From NCBI RefSeq assembly GCF_001194135.2, contig NC_068982.1:91700401-91733265 (forward strand): a DNA stretch of 32,865 nucleotides, given 5' to 3'. Origin of the DNA: Octopus bimaculoides (lineage: Eukaryota). The notes below the pieces were generated by a model. It was not told the DNA's origin. It searched no databases and was given only the letters and a program-made list of their open reading frames with translations. The translations under genes and the position numbers were made by a program. The first letter of the stretch is position 1; the number at the start of each line of letters is the position of its first letter. Positions 12,246 through 21,804 of the stretch are shown here, in pieces.

Positions 12246-12807
12246 ATTTCCTACATCATGCAAAATTTTATCACGACTTTATGCAACCCTTCAGTAGTGG
12301 TCATTATAACATGAATTAATCCTAAAACTCTCTTTTATTGTAATTTCTCCCACTCGTACACAGTTTCTTTTCACAGGTAATACCAGTTGAAAGACATATT
12401 ACTTATGTCTTTCAGTAAATATAAGGCAGTAACATATTTTTTATGTTCCGTGCATTTTGTTCTGTGTAGTTTCAAATCAACTGCAATTGATGACACAGGA
12501 TTTGCTTTATTTAATAACTTCTAAAACATCGACGCTACAAATACTTGTACGACAAACCACAACTGCTGCTAACTATTGTTCTCATTTTGCAACAAGAAAA
12601 GCTGTCTTGATGGCTTGTTCAAGCATGCATTATTAAATCGGTTCTGTGAGCCCGTATTTCAACATTACATACTACATAAATCTTTATTGCTATCATCTTT
12701 TATTTATGAATCTGAATCTGAAAATTGAAGATTCGTTACCCAGTTTTTTTAAAATATTATTTTTATCGTACTTTGGCCCTGTCATCATAGTTTAAATGAA
12801 TATAGTA

Positions 12808-12960
12808 AAGGCGCTTGTCCTAGTGGTTCGGGCATTTAACTCAAAATCACAAGGTGGTAGGTTCCATTCCTGGATGAGCCGGTGGGGCTTTGTGTCTTAG
12901 AGAGCTCTTCATTTCATGTTGGTCCAGTCCTTTCAGTTGTAATGAGTACTATCCAAGGTA
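12808..12960 (+). mobile_element. SINE family D, decayed
   Basis: aaggcgcttgtcctagtggtt (A-box-like), aggttccattcc (B-box-like), ttgtgtcttagagagctcttcatttcatgttggtccagtc. Confidence 0.6.
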
Positions 12961-12969
12961 CTCCTGCAA

Positions 12970-12975
12970 CACACA

Positions 12976-13012
<37 letters not shown>

Positions 13013-13101
13013 TCTCTCTCTCCCTCTCTCTCTCTCTCACACACACACACCCTCTCTCACACACACACACACTCTCTCTCTCTCTCTCTCTCTCACACAC
13101 A

Positions 13102-13160
<59 letters not shown>

Positions 13161-13172
13161 CCCTCTCTCTTT
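12970..13172. repeat. Compound (CT)n/(CA)n microsatellite
   Basis: Direct reading. Confidence 0.98.
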
Positions 13173-13794
13173 CTAGCTGTCACAACTTAGATATTCCACT
13201 CGTTCAAGGGTGAAGGGGCCGAAAAGGGTGCCTAAATCGACTCACGATTAGGTAAGTAACTAAATCAATTGGCGAAAATATAGTACATGTCACGAGGTTA
13301 TACTCGTTCGTAACATGTGCTATGGGTATTGAACTGGTTCAATCAAGATTTATATAAAAAATACTCAATTTGTTCAAACTTCCGCCATGTGTCTCAGCAA
13401 CTACTGAACAATTTCCAGTTCTCTTTATTATATCAGTGATTGCTTGACATATGAGATATAGTAGCAAAACATTCCTCCTTTCACACTCAACAATCTCAAA
13501 TAAAGAGGGGCACATTGAAAAAATTAGATCACATCGCTATGTTTATTCTAGTATATTAGCATGTATATTAATTAATTAATTAATTAATTAATTAACAAAC
13601 ACCTGTTACACCATTAATGATTAAACTTATCCTTAGGGGTAAACTGCTATCAACAGTATTACCAACACTGCATGCCTGCAAGTGTTTCAGTCCTGGATCC
13701 TATCAATCTGTAATAACTGCGAATATCATGACAATATATTAATTATTTATAATTATCAAAATATTTTGAGTTTCAAATAAATTTTAAACAATAT

Positions 13795-13922
13795 TTGAAA
13801 TTTTGCATTCAAGATCTGATGCCTTTCCAGTATTTAATTCTTTGATTGCCTTTTTGTTCTCATCTATATTTGGATGTTCCATCTTCTCATGAATGATATC
13901 CTTTTGGGGCAGATTACTGATG
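13795..13922 (-). mobile_element. LINE (probably RTE) ORF2 linker fragment
   Basis: EHPNIDENKKAIKELNTGKASD resembles the pre-RT motif P...EV.KAI..L..GKA.G.D. Confidence 0.5.
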
Positions 13923-13945
13923 ACATACATACATACATACATACA

Positions 13946-13979
<34 letters not shown>

Positions 13980-13987
13980 CATATATA
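13923..13987. repeat. (TACA)n/(TA)n microsatellite
   Basis: Direct reading. It abuts the left arm of the long inverted repeat. Confidence 0.97.
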
Positions 13988-14056
13988 GGTTAAATAAAAT
14001 GACAACAAAGTTAAGGCAGTGTGAAATGTCTAGGGCATTTTATAAAGAGAAAGGTA

Positions 14057-14104
14057 ATCTTACAGCTGTTTCAGGAATATAAAAGATATCCCATCATCAG
14101 AGAC
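14057..14104 (-). ncRNA. Minimal type-I hammerhead ribozyme motif (Penelope type)
   Basis: Minus strand: GTCT-CTGATGA-T-GGGATAT CTTTT ATATTCC-T-GAAAC-AGCT-GTA-AGAT. Both catalytic boxes are intact, stem III ACAGCTGT is palindromic, and the cleavage triplet is GUA. Confidence 0.75.
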
Positions 14105-14417
14105 GATATGAAAGAGTTAAATAGAAAGAAATAGTGGAGTTCAATATAAGAAGTTATTTTGGAAAGGGAGAGATATAGGAAATATAAAGGGAAATATAAG
14201 AATTAAAATAAAGATATATGTTGGATGTTAAATTTGGTGTTCCATTATCCAAGAAATGTGTTGTGTAGAATGGATAATGGAACAGCAAGTTTAGCATCCA
14301 ACATATATCTTTATTTTTATTCTTATATTTTCCTCTATATTTCCTATATCCCTCGCCTTCCAAAATAACTTCTTATATTGCACTCTACTATTTCCTTCTT
14401 TTTAACGCTCTCATATC

Positions 14418-14465
14418 GTCTCTGATGATGGGATATCTTTTATATCCCTGAAACAACTGTAAGAC
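14418..14465 (+). ncRNA. Minimal type-I hammerhead ribozyme motif (Penelope type)
   Basis: GTCT-CTGATGA(14422-28)-T-GGGATAT CTTTT ATATCCC-T-GAAAC(14450-54)-AACT-GTA-AGAC. Stem I GTCT/AGAC, perfect 7-bp stem II, predicted cleavage after 14461. Confidence 0.75.
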
Positions 14466-14672
14466 TACCCTTCGTTTTTACAAAATTTCCTAGAAATTTC
14501 AAATTACCTTGGCTTTGTTGTCTCATTTCATTTAACCTATGCGTGTTCACACACGACCTCATACTATTATCGAACCGGGAGTCTTACGGCGGTCCTTCCG
14601 TAGCACTTACATAGCCTTACCTGACTTTTGTATCTTCTGGATAGCAAAAACTTTCATATTATTACACAAACG

Positions 14673-14690
14673 CGCGCGCGCACACACACA

Positions 14691-14784
<94 letters not shown>

Positions 14785-14805
14785 CACACACACACACACA
14801 TATAT
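14673..14805. repeat. (CA)n(CT)n(CA)n(TA)n microsatellite
   Basis: Direct reading; long pure CT tract. Confidence 0.98.
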
Positions 14806-14809
14806 ATCT

Positions 14810-15582
14810 GCACTTGCCGCTGCAGCTTAGATCGGTTCATCTTCTACAGGCGTCGCCGACAACTTAACTCTCAGCCTCCGATGCCGTGAGGATCTCTTCA
14901 ACAAGCCGGCTGACAAAGGTGGATTTGTGAAGTGCTGATCACAACGGAGCTGAGGCGCTCCACCATCATCAAGACACCTCTTTCTATTGTCCTCTGCCCT
15001 CCGACCCGATGATTCACTACCAACAAATCGTTTCTTCCAATATTCACGAACTCATTTCCTCCTTCCCCAACTCTCACAACCTCCAACTTCATTGTCTGGA
15101 CCTCACACAGCCCATTTACTTCCTCCCCAAGATCTATAAACTCAGCAACCCTAACTGCACTTCATTTCTTCGTTTATTTCTCTTTCCCTTCTGAACCTTC
15201 CCGACATCTGTTCACTTTCACATCAAGTTTTTTAACACCGTCATAACTCATAATGAAGGCTTTTTCGCCCTCAAACATTTTCTGTACCAACGTATCCATC
15301 TCCAGCTCAGCGACTTCTACCATTCTCCAGTTGGCGGAACTTGTTTCCAGCCTAAATTACTTTCTGCTCGCTGGAGAGTCCTACTAACAGGTCAGAAGAG
15401 TGACTATGGAAACGAGAATGGGTCCCATCTACGCAAGCATGTTTATCGGATATATTAAAACCCAAATATTCTCATTTACAATTTTCCCTCTTCATAAAAT
15501 AAATGAAGAGAACGATCTTCTCCGGAAGGCAAAAGAAGAATATTTCATAAGATTTCTGAGTCCGAAACTAAACCGGAAATAG
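14810..15582 (+). mobile_element. Penelope-like element relic: RT fragment joined to a GIY-YIG C-terminal tail
   Basis: KPADKGG (14903), QDTSFY.PL..DP, YFLPKIYK.SNP, HNEG..ALKHFL, ILQLAELV, GVTMETRMGPIYASMFIGYI (cf. GTAMGT.M.P.YA), then FPLHKINEENDLLRKAKEEYFIRFLSPKLN* resembling a GIY-YIG C-terminus. Confidence 0.85.
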
Positions 15583-15757
15583 TCAACAACAATTTTACTG
15601 ACAACAACTTTCACTATATGTAATAACACATGCTTGAAAACGTTAAGAACTGAAAGCGCTTGCACATCTATAAAAGCAAAAGCCACACACATTTTTGAAA
15701 TCTCTTCCCAGAGGTTAGTGCCTTTCGACTTTCTAAAAAGGTTCTTTTCTCAATCTT

Positions 15758-15995
15758 AACTCTTTTGCGGTTCGGCAAAAAGACCAATAGAATAAATACA
15801 AATAATAAGTCCTGCGGTTGATTTGTTCCACTAAAAGGCGGNNNNNNNNNNAACTCTTTTGCGGTTCGGCAAAAAGACCAATAGAATAAATACAAATAAT
15901 AAGTCCTGCGGTTGATTTGTTCCACTAAAAGGCGGTGTTCCAGCATAGCCGCAGTCAAATGACTGAAACAAGTAAAAAAAAGAATAAAAGAATAT
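15758..15995 (+). mobile_element. SINE family C 3' half, spanning a 10-N gap
   Basis: gcggttcggcaaaaagaccaatagaataa...ggcggtgttccagcatagccgcagtcaaatgactgaaacaagtaaaa...gaataaaagaata. N at 15842-15851. Confidence 0.8.
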
Positions 15996-16624
15996 AATAC
16001 AATACACATGGACGCTCTCTATGTATATATGTATCTATCGATTAATATTGCTATTTTTTTCCTTCTCCTCTTCTCTTTTCTTTCTTTCCCTGTTGTCCTT
16101 TCTTTCGTCTTCTTCCTCTCTCCTTCACTGTCTGTCTGTTGTCTCTGTCTCTCTGTCTCTATCTGTCTGTCTGTCTCTATCTCGCTCTCTCTTTCAGTAT
16201 CCCCACTTACTCGTAAGTTATTGGATACTAGCTTTTATATACTATACAAGTTCAGGGTAAAAATTACCTCGGAGCTGTTCATTTACTATGACGATTATGA
16301 TATGACAGGTATTCAACTGTTAATTTCGTTTTGGTATATTAGAAGCAATTCGATAGTACGAGTGCAAAATATGCTAATATGTTGAAGCATATTAATGTGT
16401 TCATTGAATATCAGGCGTTTATTTTGAACGAAATATATGTATTTTTAGTAGATGCCCGGAAGATAAAGAAATTTCTGTTCGAAAACCAAAATGGCTACAT
16501 GGAACTAGTAGTGGTATAGATGACAGAGAAACATAAGACAGATTTAACTCTGTTCCACATTTCCATGACAGATATATTTCTCAGAATAATCACACTTGCT
16601 TACGATTAACAATGAGCAAAGGAC

Positions 16625-16830
16625 AGAGCCATCACATGGCTGTTAGTCTTGCCAGAAACAGCAGTAAAACACCCCTCAAAAAACTCTCTAAAACAACTCA
16701 CTCAGAAAAATCATACCATTCTTTCTTATATAAATAACAGACACATTTAATAATGTGGTTTTACATTTTCCTAAAAAGATGGGATGGTCATGTATGGATT
16801 AGAGCTTATACAGTGCTAAACAACAATTGC
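16625..16830 (+). mobile_element. Repeat family B copy
   Basis: cttgccagaaacagcagtaaaacacccctcaaa...gacacatttaataatgtgg...gatgggatggtca...ctaaacaacaa. Confidence 0.5.
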
Positions 16831-16864
16831 AACAAGTATCAAGTAATTGAGAAGAAATCACTGC

Positions 16865-17072
16865 ACTGGCACTCGACTTGCTTGAAATACCAGCCAAATC
16901 CCCTTCAAATCACATCTTAGTGTCTGAAAATGGTAGATGTGTGCATTCGTAATAATATAATCAGGGTACTCTATACTTTGAAAAAAAAATACTGGATTAT
17001 CAAGACTTAAACGTCTTTAGTCATAAATCAGCGTGATCAGAGTTGACCTGGGAGACTAAACAGCAAAACAAC
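16865..17072 (+). mobile_element. Repeat family B copy
   Basis: cactcgacttgcttgaaataccagccaaatccccttcaaatcacatc...gttgacctgggagactaaacagcaaaacaac. Confidence 0.55.
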
Positions 17073-17653
17073 ACGTAAAGCATGCAGAAACCACAATCAC
17101 GTGATGCTTATGTCATAACACTTTAAGTTATACCATGATACCTTCCCAACAAGCTACCGTATCTCTTGCAAGTAATGAAATATTTTCCTTCTGTACTACT
17201 GTATTTGCAACTTTAATCAGCAATCTTTTTGATATGTTACCGAACTAGATATGTATTTCTATAGAATTCCTTTAATTTAGAACCCCAGCCACAGTACTCA
17301 TATACTGCTATTATGATCAGAACAAACACTCCCACAATTCATTCTATTAAGAAGGTCTTCACTACCAGTAAATGTACGCTTTAATTGTAGCGTCTATTTA
17401 AGTGGAGTTAGATTCTTCAGTACCTTCCAGTATTGATAAAATAAGATACCAATGTTGTACTGGAGTCAACTTTCAATTGACTGATGCTAGTGTCTTCCGG
17501 TCATCTTCCAGCAAGAAACTGCTGCAAAGAATCCCCAATGAATCTTCGAAAGTGTCAAAATTAACGTTTTCAGGACCTGATCTGCCCCACTGGTTTTTTT
17601 AATATTTTTTTTTATAGATATCTATAATAGAAAGTATTATGATCCGTATTATT

Positions 17654-17872
17654 CAGGTGGCGAGCTCCTAGAACCGTTAGCACGTCCGACAAAATGCTCA
17701 CCGGCATTTCATGAGTTTTTACGCTTTGAGTTCAAATTTCACTGAGGTCGACTTTACCTTTCATCCTTTCGGGGGTTGATAAAATAAATACCATTTGTGT
17801 ATTGTAGTCGATGTGATCGACTTCTCCCTCTCGTCAAAATTGCTAGCATTGTGTCTATGACAGAAAGAATTA
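17654..17872 (+). mobile_element. SINE family A
   Basis: caggtggcgagctcctagaaccgttagcac...gagttcaaatttc...gtcgactttacctttcatcctttcgggggttgataaaataa..., followed by a (CAT)n tail. Confidence 0.85.
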
Positions 17873-18189
17873 TCATCATCATCCTCATCATCCTCATCAT
17901 CCTCAGTAGTAGTAGTGTCTGAATTTCTTTTTATTTATTTATTTATGTTTCTTAAATCTGTTCTTTTAATCAGAAAAATTCTTTAGGATTTGCAAATCTT
18001 CTGCGCGGAATTTCTTCAAAGCATATAAAATTTGGCATATTCATAATTTCTGTTTTGATCACTTCCATCAAAGATATTAAAACGAAATATACTTGTTGAA
18101 AACAGCCAGAACTTTCACCAAGTAAGCTTCAGAATATGTTCGTCATCCCCGTACTCACCTTATTTATTTATTTTGTAAGCTAGTTAGTT

Positions 18190-18358
18190 AGCTATAGTTT
18201 CCTTAGCGAAGGCGGATGTATTGTTTTCAGTCGTGTTTGTTTGTTTGTTTGTTTGTCCGTGGAGAACATATCTCAAAAACCGCTGGATGGATTCGGATGA
18301 AACTTTCAGGGATGTTTGGCTTTGTGACTGGCACGAACTGATAAGATTTTGGGATCGA
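18190..18358 (+). mobile_element. HINE/Helentron-type element, 3' truncated
   Basis: ccttagcgaaggc..tattgttttcagtc.tgtttgtttgtttgtccgtggagaacatatctcaa...ggatggattcggatgaaa.tttcagggatg is nearly identical to 24157-24320. Confidence 0.75.
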
Positions 18359-19495
18359 TTTTTTTAACTACCTATAAAAGGCGATACAAAGACTCTTCCG
18401 TCGATCATTACAACACATAAAGACAATACAAACGCGACAAACACAAACTCGGGGAACTAAAAATACAAAAAGAAGATGAAATCAGAAGAAAAACTAAAAA
18501 AAACGAATGGTAATATGAAAGAACGAAAAAAATGAGAAATGGAAGTGATGTTACCTGCCCCATCAAGTAACATCACTTGCTTGTCTTTTCGCCTGTTCTC
18601 CATAATATCTATACCATATCGTGTTTTTAGTTCTTCATATCCTACCTCTTTCGGCATCTTGTCCATATTATAATTCACCTTCCATACCTCAAAATCATCG
18701 AATTTTTTAAGTTTGTTTAAATGTTTTTCTTTTATCAACATAACTGTAATTTCTCCATACTCATCGCCGTTAACGTCCACATAGACTGTATCTTCCTATT
18801 TCTCCACTATCTCATGTAGTTCTTCCTCTGCCTCAAAATAAACAATACATGCATAACAGTCAGTGAGAGGGAAGTTTCTAAAACATTGTGTGTGGTGTCC
18901 TTTTTTTTTTTCGTGTTGATGGGGAATGGGTAAGTATAGTATCTGCAGGGGGAGGAGGGACGAAGAGGGTGTGGATGGGCATTGGGTGGGTTGGGGTTCT
19001 GCATGTGAGAGGCCTGCATTCTTCCTTTTTGTTTTCGAACTTTTCTTACTTGTTTTCCACTCTTTTCCTTCATTTTCTTTTCCCGCCAGGATTGTCTCCT
19101 CATTCTCTGTTCTTTCCTGTTGTTTCTCTTGAAGTAACTCCTGTGGATGCTGTTCTTCAGTTTCTTTGATTGGTGGAGGGTAACTCGCTCTTATGTGGCC
19201 CTTCAGGCCACATTTATAACAGCGAGGGATTCTGCCTTCCACCCACACTCTCAGACTTAGGTCGCCTATCGTTATCGTCTCTGCCAGTTTCTCTAGTGTT
19301 TCTGTCACAGTTTGAATGTTCATCTCCAATTATTTCCCCTTCTACGTCAGTTGACGTGGCTTGGATAACAGACACCTTTTCCTCACTTCCGAGGAGGACA
19401 GCCGCCGCCACCCAAGCCGCTTCCATATCAGGCGGTATTCCTTCTACCCTGACCCTGAATGTCCTTCTTCCAAGATACATGGGTAGAAGGTACTG
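18359..19495 (-). mobile_element. L1/Tx1 ORF1-like element (RRM-like region plus CCHC knuckle) ending in a short A-tail, no ORF2
   Basis: LLPMYLGRRTFRVRVEGIPP..., one frameshift, then LRVWVEGRIPRCYKCGLKGHIRASY (CX2CX4HX4C with the last C changed to Y). ORFs 18796-19329 and 18457-18780 are one frame split by a single TAG. About 90 nt after the stop comes A7 (T7 at 18359-65). Confidence 0.65.
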
Positions 19496-19501
19496 TTATT
19501 T

Positions 19502-20195
19502 TTACAATATTGAAAGTATCTTATATAATACGTCTATGGTGTCTACCAATGCTATTTTCTGTATTTTATGCGTATTTGTAACTTCTGAGTTTTTAGTTAT
19601 GTATGAATTTTGATAATTTCCAAAGCGCCTAATATTATACGGATTGCTTCTCTTTTTAGGCTTCACATTGTAGTTATCTCTATCTCCAAATCTGTATATG
19701 TTTAAATAATTTCGCCATCTCTTTCAGGAATATATTCTCATCACTTGATACTGATATATCGATTAGGAGACATTTCTGATTCTGGTATTCCTTCACAACA
19801 ATATCTGGTCGGTTAGCTTTGATCTCTTTGTTTATGTGAATTAGCATATCCCAGAATATAGTTGCTTTGTCATTCTTGGAGACTTTATCTGCTGTATCTT
19901 TTTTTTCTGTTCATATCTAATAATGCTGGTGTAATTTCCAGTGCCTGTGAGTACCAACACTGTCATGCTTAGGGATGTATTCTTTCTTGATCAAGACTGG
20001 GTAACCAGAGATAATGTATTTGTTTCTTTCGCATCTCCAGATATTCCATAGTTACTGTGTTCTGCTAAATTATATTTTGGTGGGTTTGTGTGCGGAGGCT
20101 TTTGATATGTGCCGCAATCAAGAAACCTTCAGTCTCTGCTGTGAGTCCTGCACTTCTCAAGCAGTGTTGAGATTTTCTCTTCTACTGCCAATTTT
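19502..20195 (-). mobile_element. R4/Dong-clade C-terminal fragment (CCHC region plus restriction-like endonuclease)
   Basis: LRSAGLTAETEGFLIAA, IISGYPVLIKKEYIPKHD, IFWDMLIH..KEIKANRPDIVVKE....CLLIDISV..DENIFLKE, IQKIALVDT..LYKILSIL*. Confidence 0.85.
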
Positions 20196-20254
20196 TATTT
20201 ACTTTTTTTTCTATGTTTGTATTTTTCTGTTAATTATGATTTTTGCTGTTGTTG

Positions 20255-20320
20255 TAGCAATTATTATTATTGTTATTGTTGTTGTTGTTGTTGTTGTTGT
20301 TGTTATTATTATTATTATCA

Positions 20321-20357
<37 letters not shown>

Positions 20358-20367
20358 TTATTATTAT
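20255..20367. repeat. (ATT)n/(GTT)n microsatellite, i.e. (TAA)n/(CAA)n on the minus strand
   Basis: Direct reading. It lies immediately 3' of the R4/Dong copy at 20368-21600. Confidence 0.97.
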
Positions 20368-21600
20368 GCTTTTGTTTTGCTTTAATTTATACGAGTTGCA
20401 CCCAAGTCACAACCGGAGACGTCAGGGGACAACAAAGATTTTGCATCTAAGGATGCTAACAAGCGAGATGTCATGCAATTGAAAACACTGATGTCTGAGA
20501 GAGAAAAAAACGCAGAGAGAGTAAGGTTGCATTTACATGGAGAGGAATTTACGTCGAGTATGTGAGGTACCCATAAGTATCATCTTTTGCAATTCGCTTA
20601 TTTTGGGGCTACCTGGAAATTGGTCTACAAATTTGTTTGATCCTCTTGATATCATTCCAAGTGCCCCAATAATGATAGGTAATGTTATTTTTAGTTGCAG
20701 CCTTCTTATTTCATTCCTCACTTTTTCAAACGTTTTCAGAGATGTGTTTTTGTCAGCTGGGACTGCAACATCAATCAGAAGACAAGTCTTTTCAATGTAA
20801 TCTTTTATAATGAGATCAGGTTGGTTTGCATATGTTTCCCGATCACTATGAACACTTGAAATTCCGAAGGTTGGTAACTTCGAAATTCTGTGTTCCTACC
20901 AATTGTTTTTGTGCGGTGAGCTCTGTGTACAATATATCGACTAGTATATGTACTGAGCTGCATTGCCATGCCTTTGCAAGTATTCTGTTGATACTGCATC
21001 CAGAGATTGTGTGATCGATTGTCTCTGAGTGCTCCCCACATATGAGGCATGATGAGCTGCTTTCACATTTCAGGACATTTATTTGCTAATTCCTAGTTGG
21101 AAGGGACTAGTCCTGAGTAGTAATGATATACCCCTCAGTTTATGATTTGAGACCAGAGCATGGCAGTAATTGTTTAGTAAGGGCTTCATCTACATCAGGG
21201 TCCCTGATTCTAATCGGGTGTTTACCATGCAGTGGTCTTTGCTCCTATTTCTCCTTAATACAGGGTGTCCCCTCAAAATTGATACCATTTGAAATGTGAA
21301 TATCTGAGTAACTACATGTCCGAGGCAAACGAAATTAAATAAGCTTCATGTTGAACAATAAAAGATTATTTATCAAAGTTAGAACAAGAATTGGCTATGT
21401 TATTAGACTGCGAAATTATGTCAATTTGGTGGGGATACTCTGTATATTGGAGGTTGGTTTCTTTGGCTATGGTTTTTACTTGTTTTGCCTTGTCTGTTGG
21501 GGATACATTTTCCTCAGGTACTGGTTCGCTTAGTTGAATTTCTCGGAGGTATATTTTCGCGTTTTTCGTCACTGTGTGCAAATTTTTGGTAATTTCGTTT
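20368..21600 (-). mobile_element. R4/Dong-clade 3' fragment with 3' UTR, interrupted by a MITE
   Basis: KAKQVKTIAK..., RPLHGK, SGLKS*TEGYIITTQD, EYLQRH, QPDLIIKD..EKTCLLIDVAVPAD, PIIIGALG..., ELQKMILMGTSHTRRKFLSM*. A ~165-nt 3' UTR ends aaagcaaaacaaaagca-(TAA)n. Confidence 0.88.
21261..21442. mobile_element. Tc1/mariner-type MITE (182 bp, TA TSD)
   Basis: TA-cagggtgtcccctcaaaattga ... tcaatttggtggggatactctg-TA. R4 coding sequence resumes on both sides. Confidence 0.85.
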
Positions 21601-21790
21601 GGTGACCAGGCAATATTGTTATCGTACTGGGCAAAATGCACAGCGGCATTTCTTCTAGTTTTAAGTTCCGAGTTCAATTTCTGCCTATCATCATTTTGGA
21701 GTCGATAAAATAAGCACTAGTTGAGTACTCAATGTACACCACTAGCCCTCTCCCCACAAATTTCAATCCATGTACCTATAGTAGAAAGAA
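21600..21790 (+). mobile_element. SINE family A
   Basis: gggcaaaatgcacagcggcatttc...gagttcaa...tcattttggagtcgataaaataagcactagttgagtact. Confidence 0.7.
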
Positions 21791-21804
21791 TTCTTATTTT
21801 GTTA

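Larger units (their letters stand above)
11200..12790 (-). mobile_element. hAT-like transposase relic interrupted by two SINEs
   Basis: Minus-strand fragments: CNVEIRAHRTDLIMHA (BED-like zinc finger), DLKLHRTKCT, FAIVIDITS, LMKLNNPDLIRIKCIC, LLRETNNFF, NNGDEPL, HFQMASL..ECYYAREL. Many stops; no TIRs identified. Confidence 0.7.
13985..14540. repeat. Long inverted repeat (arms ~13985-14251 and ~14271-14540, 19-nt spacer), interpreted as inverted Penelope-like terminal repeats
   Basis: The arms align along their length: ttccattatcca/tggataatggaa at the centre, gatatcccatcatcagagacgatatga/tcatatcgtctctgatgatgggatatc, ataggttaaa/tttaacctat at the outer ends. Scattered substitutions are present. 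Confidence 0.95.

Noticed and set aside
17987-18121. 135-nt segment between a ttctttAG acceptor and a GTAAGC donor
   Set aside because: All three plus-strand frames contain stops, so there is no support for a coding exon.
21366-21677. 103-aa minus-strand ORF
   Set aside because: It is a chimera of antisense SINE, R4/Dong ORF sequence and MITE, not a gene.
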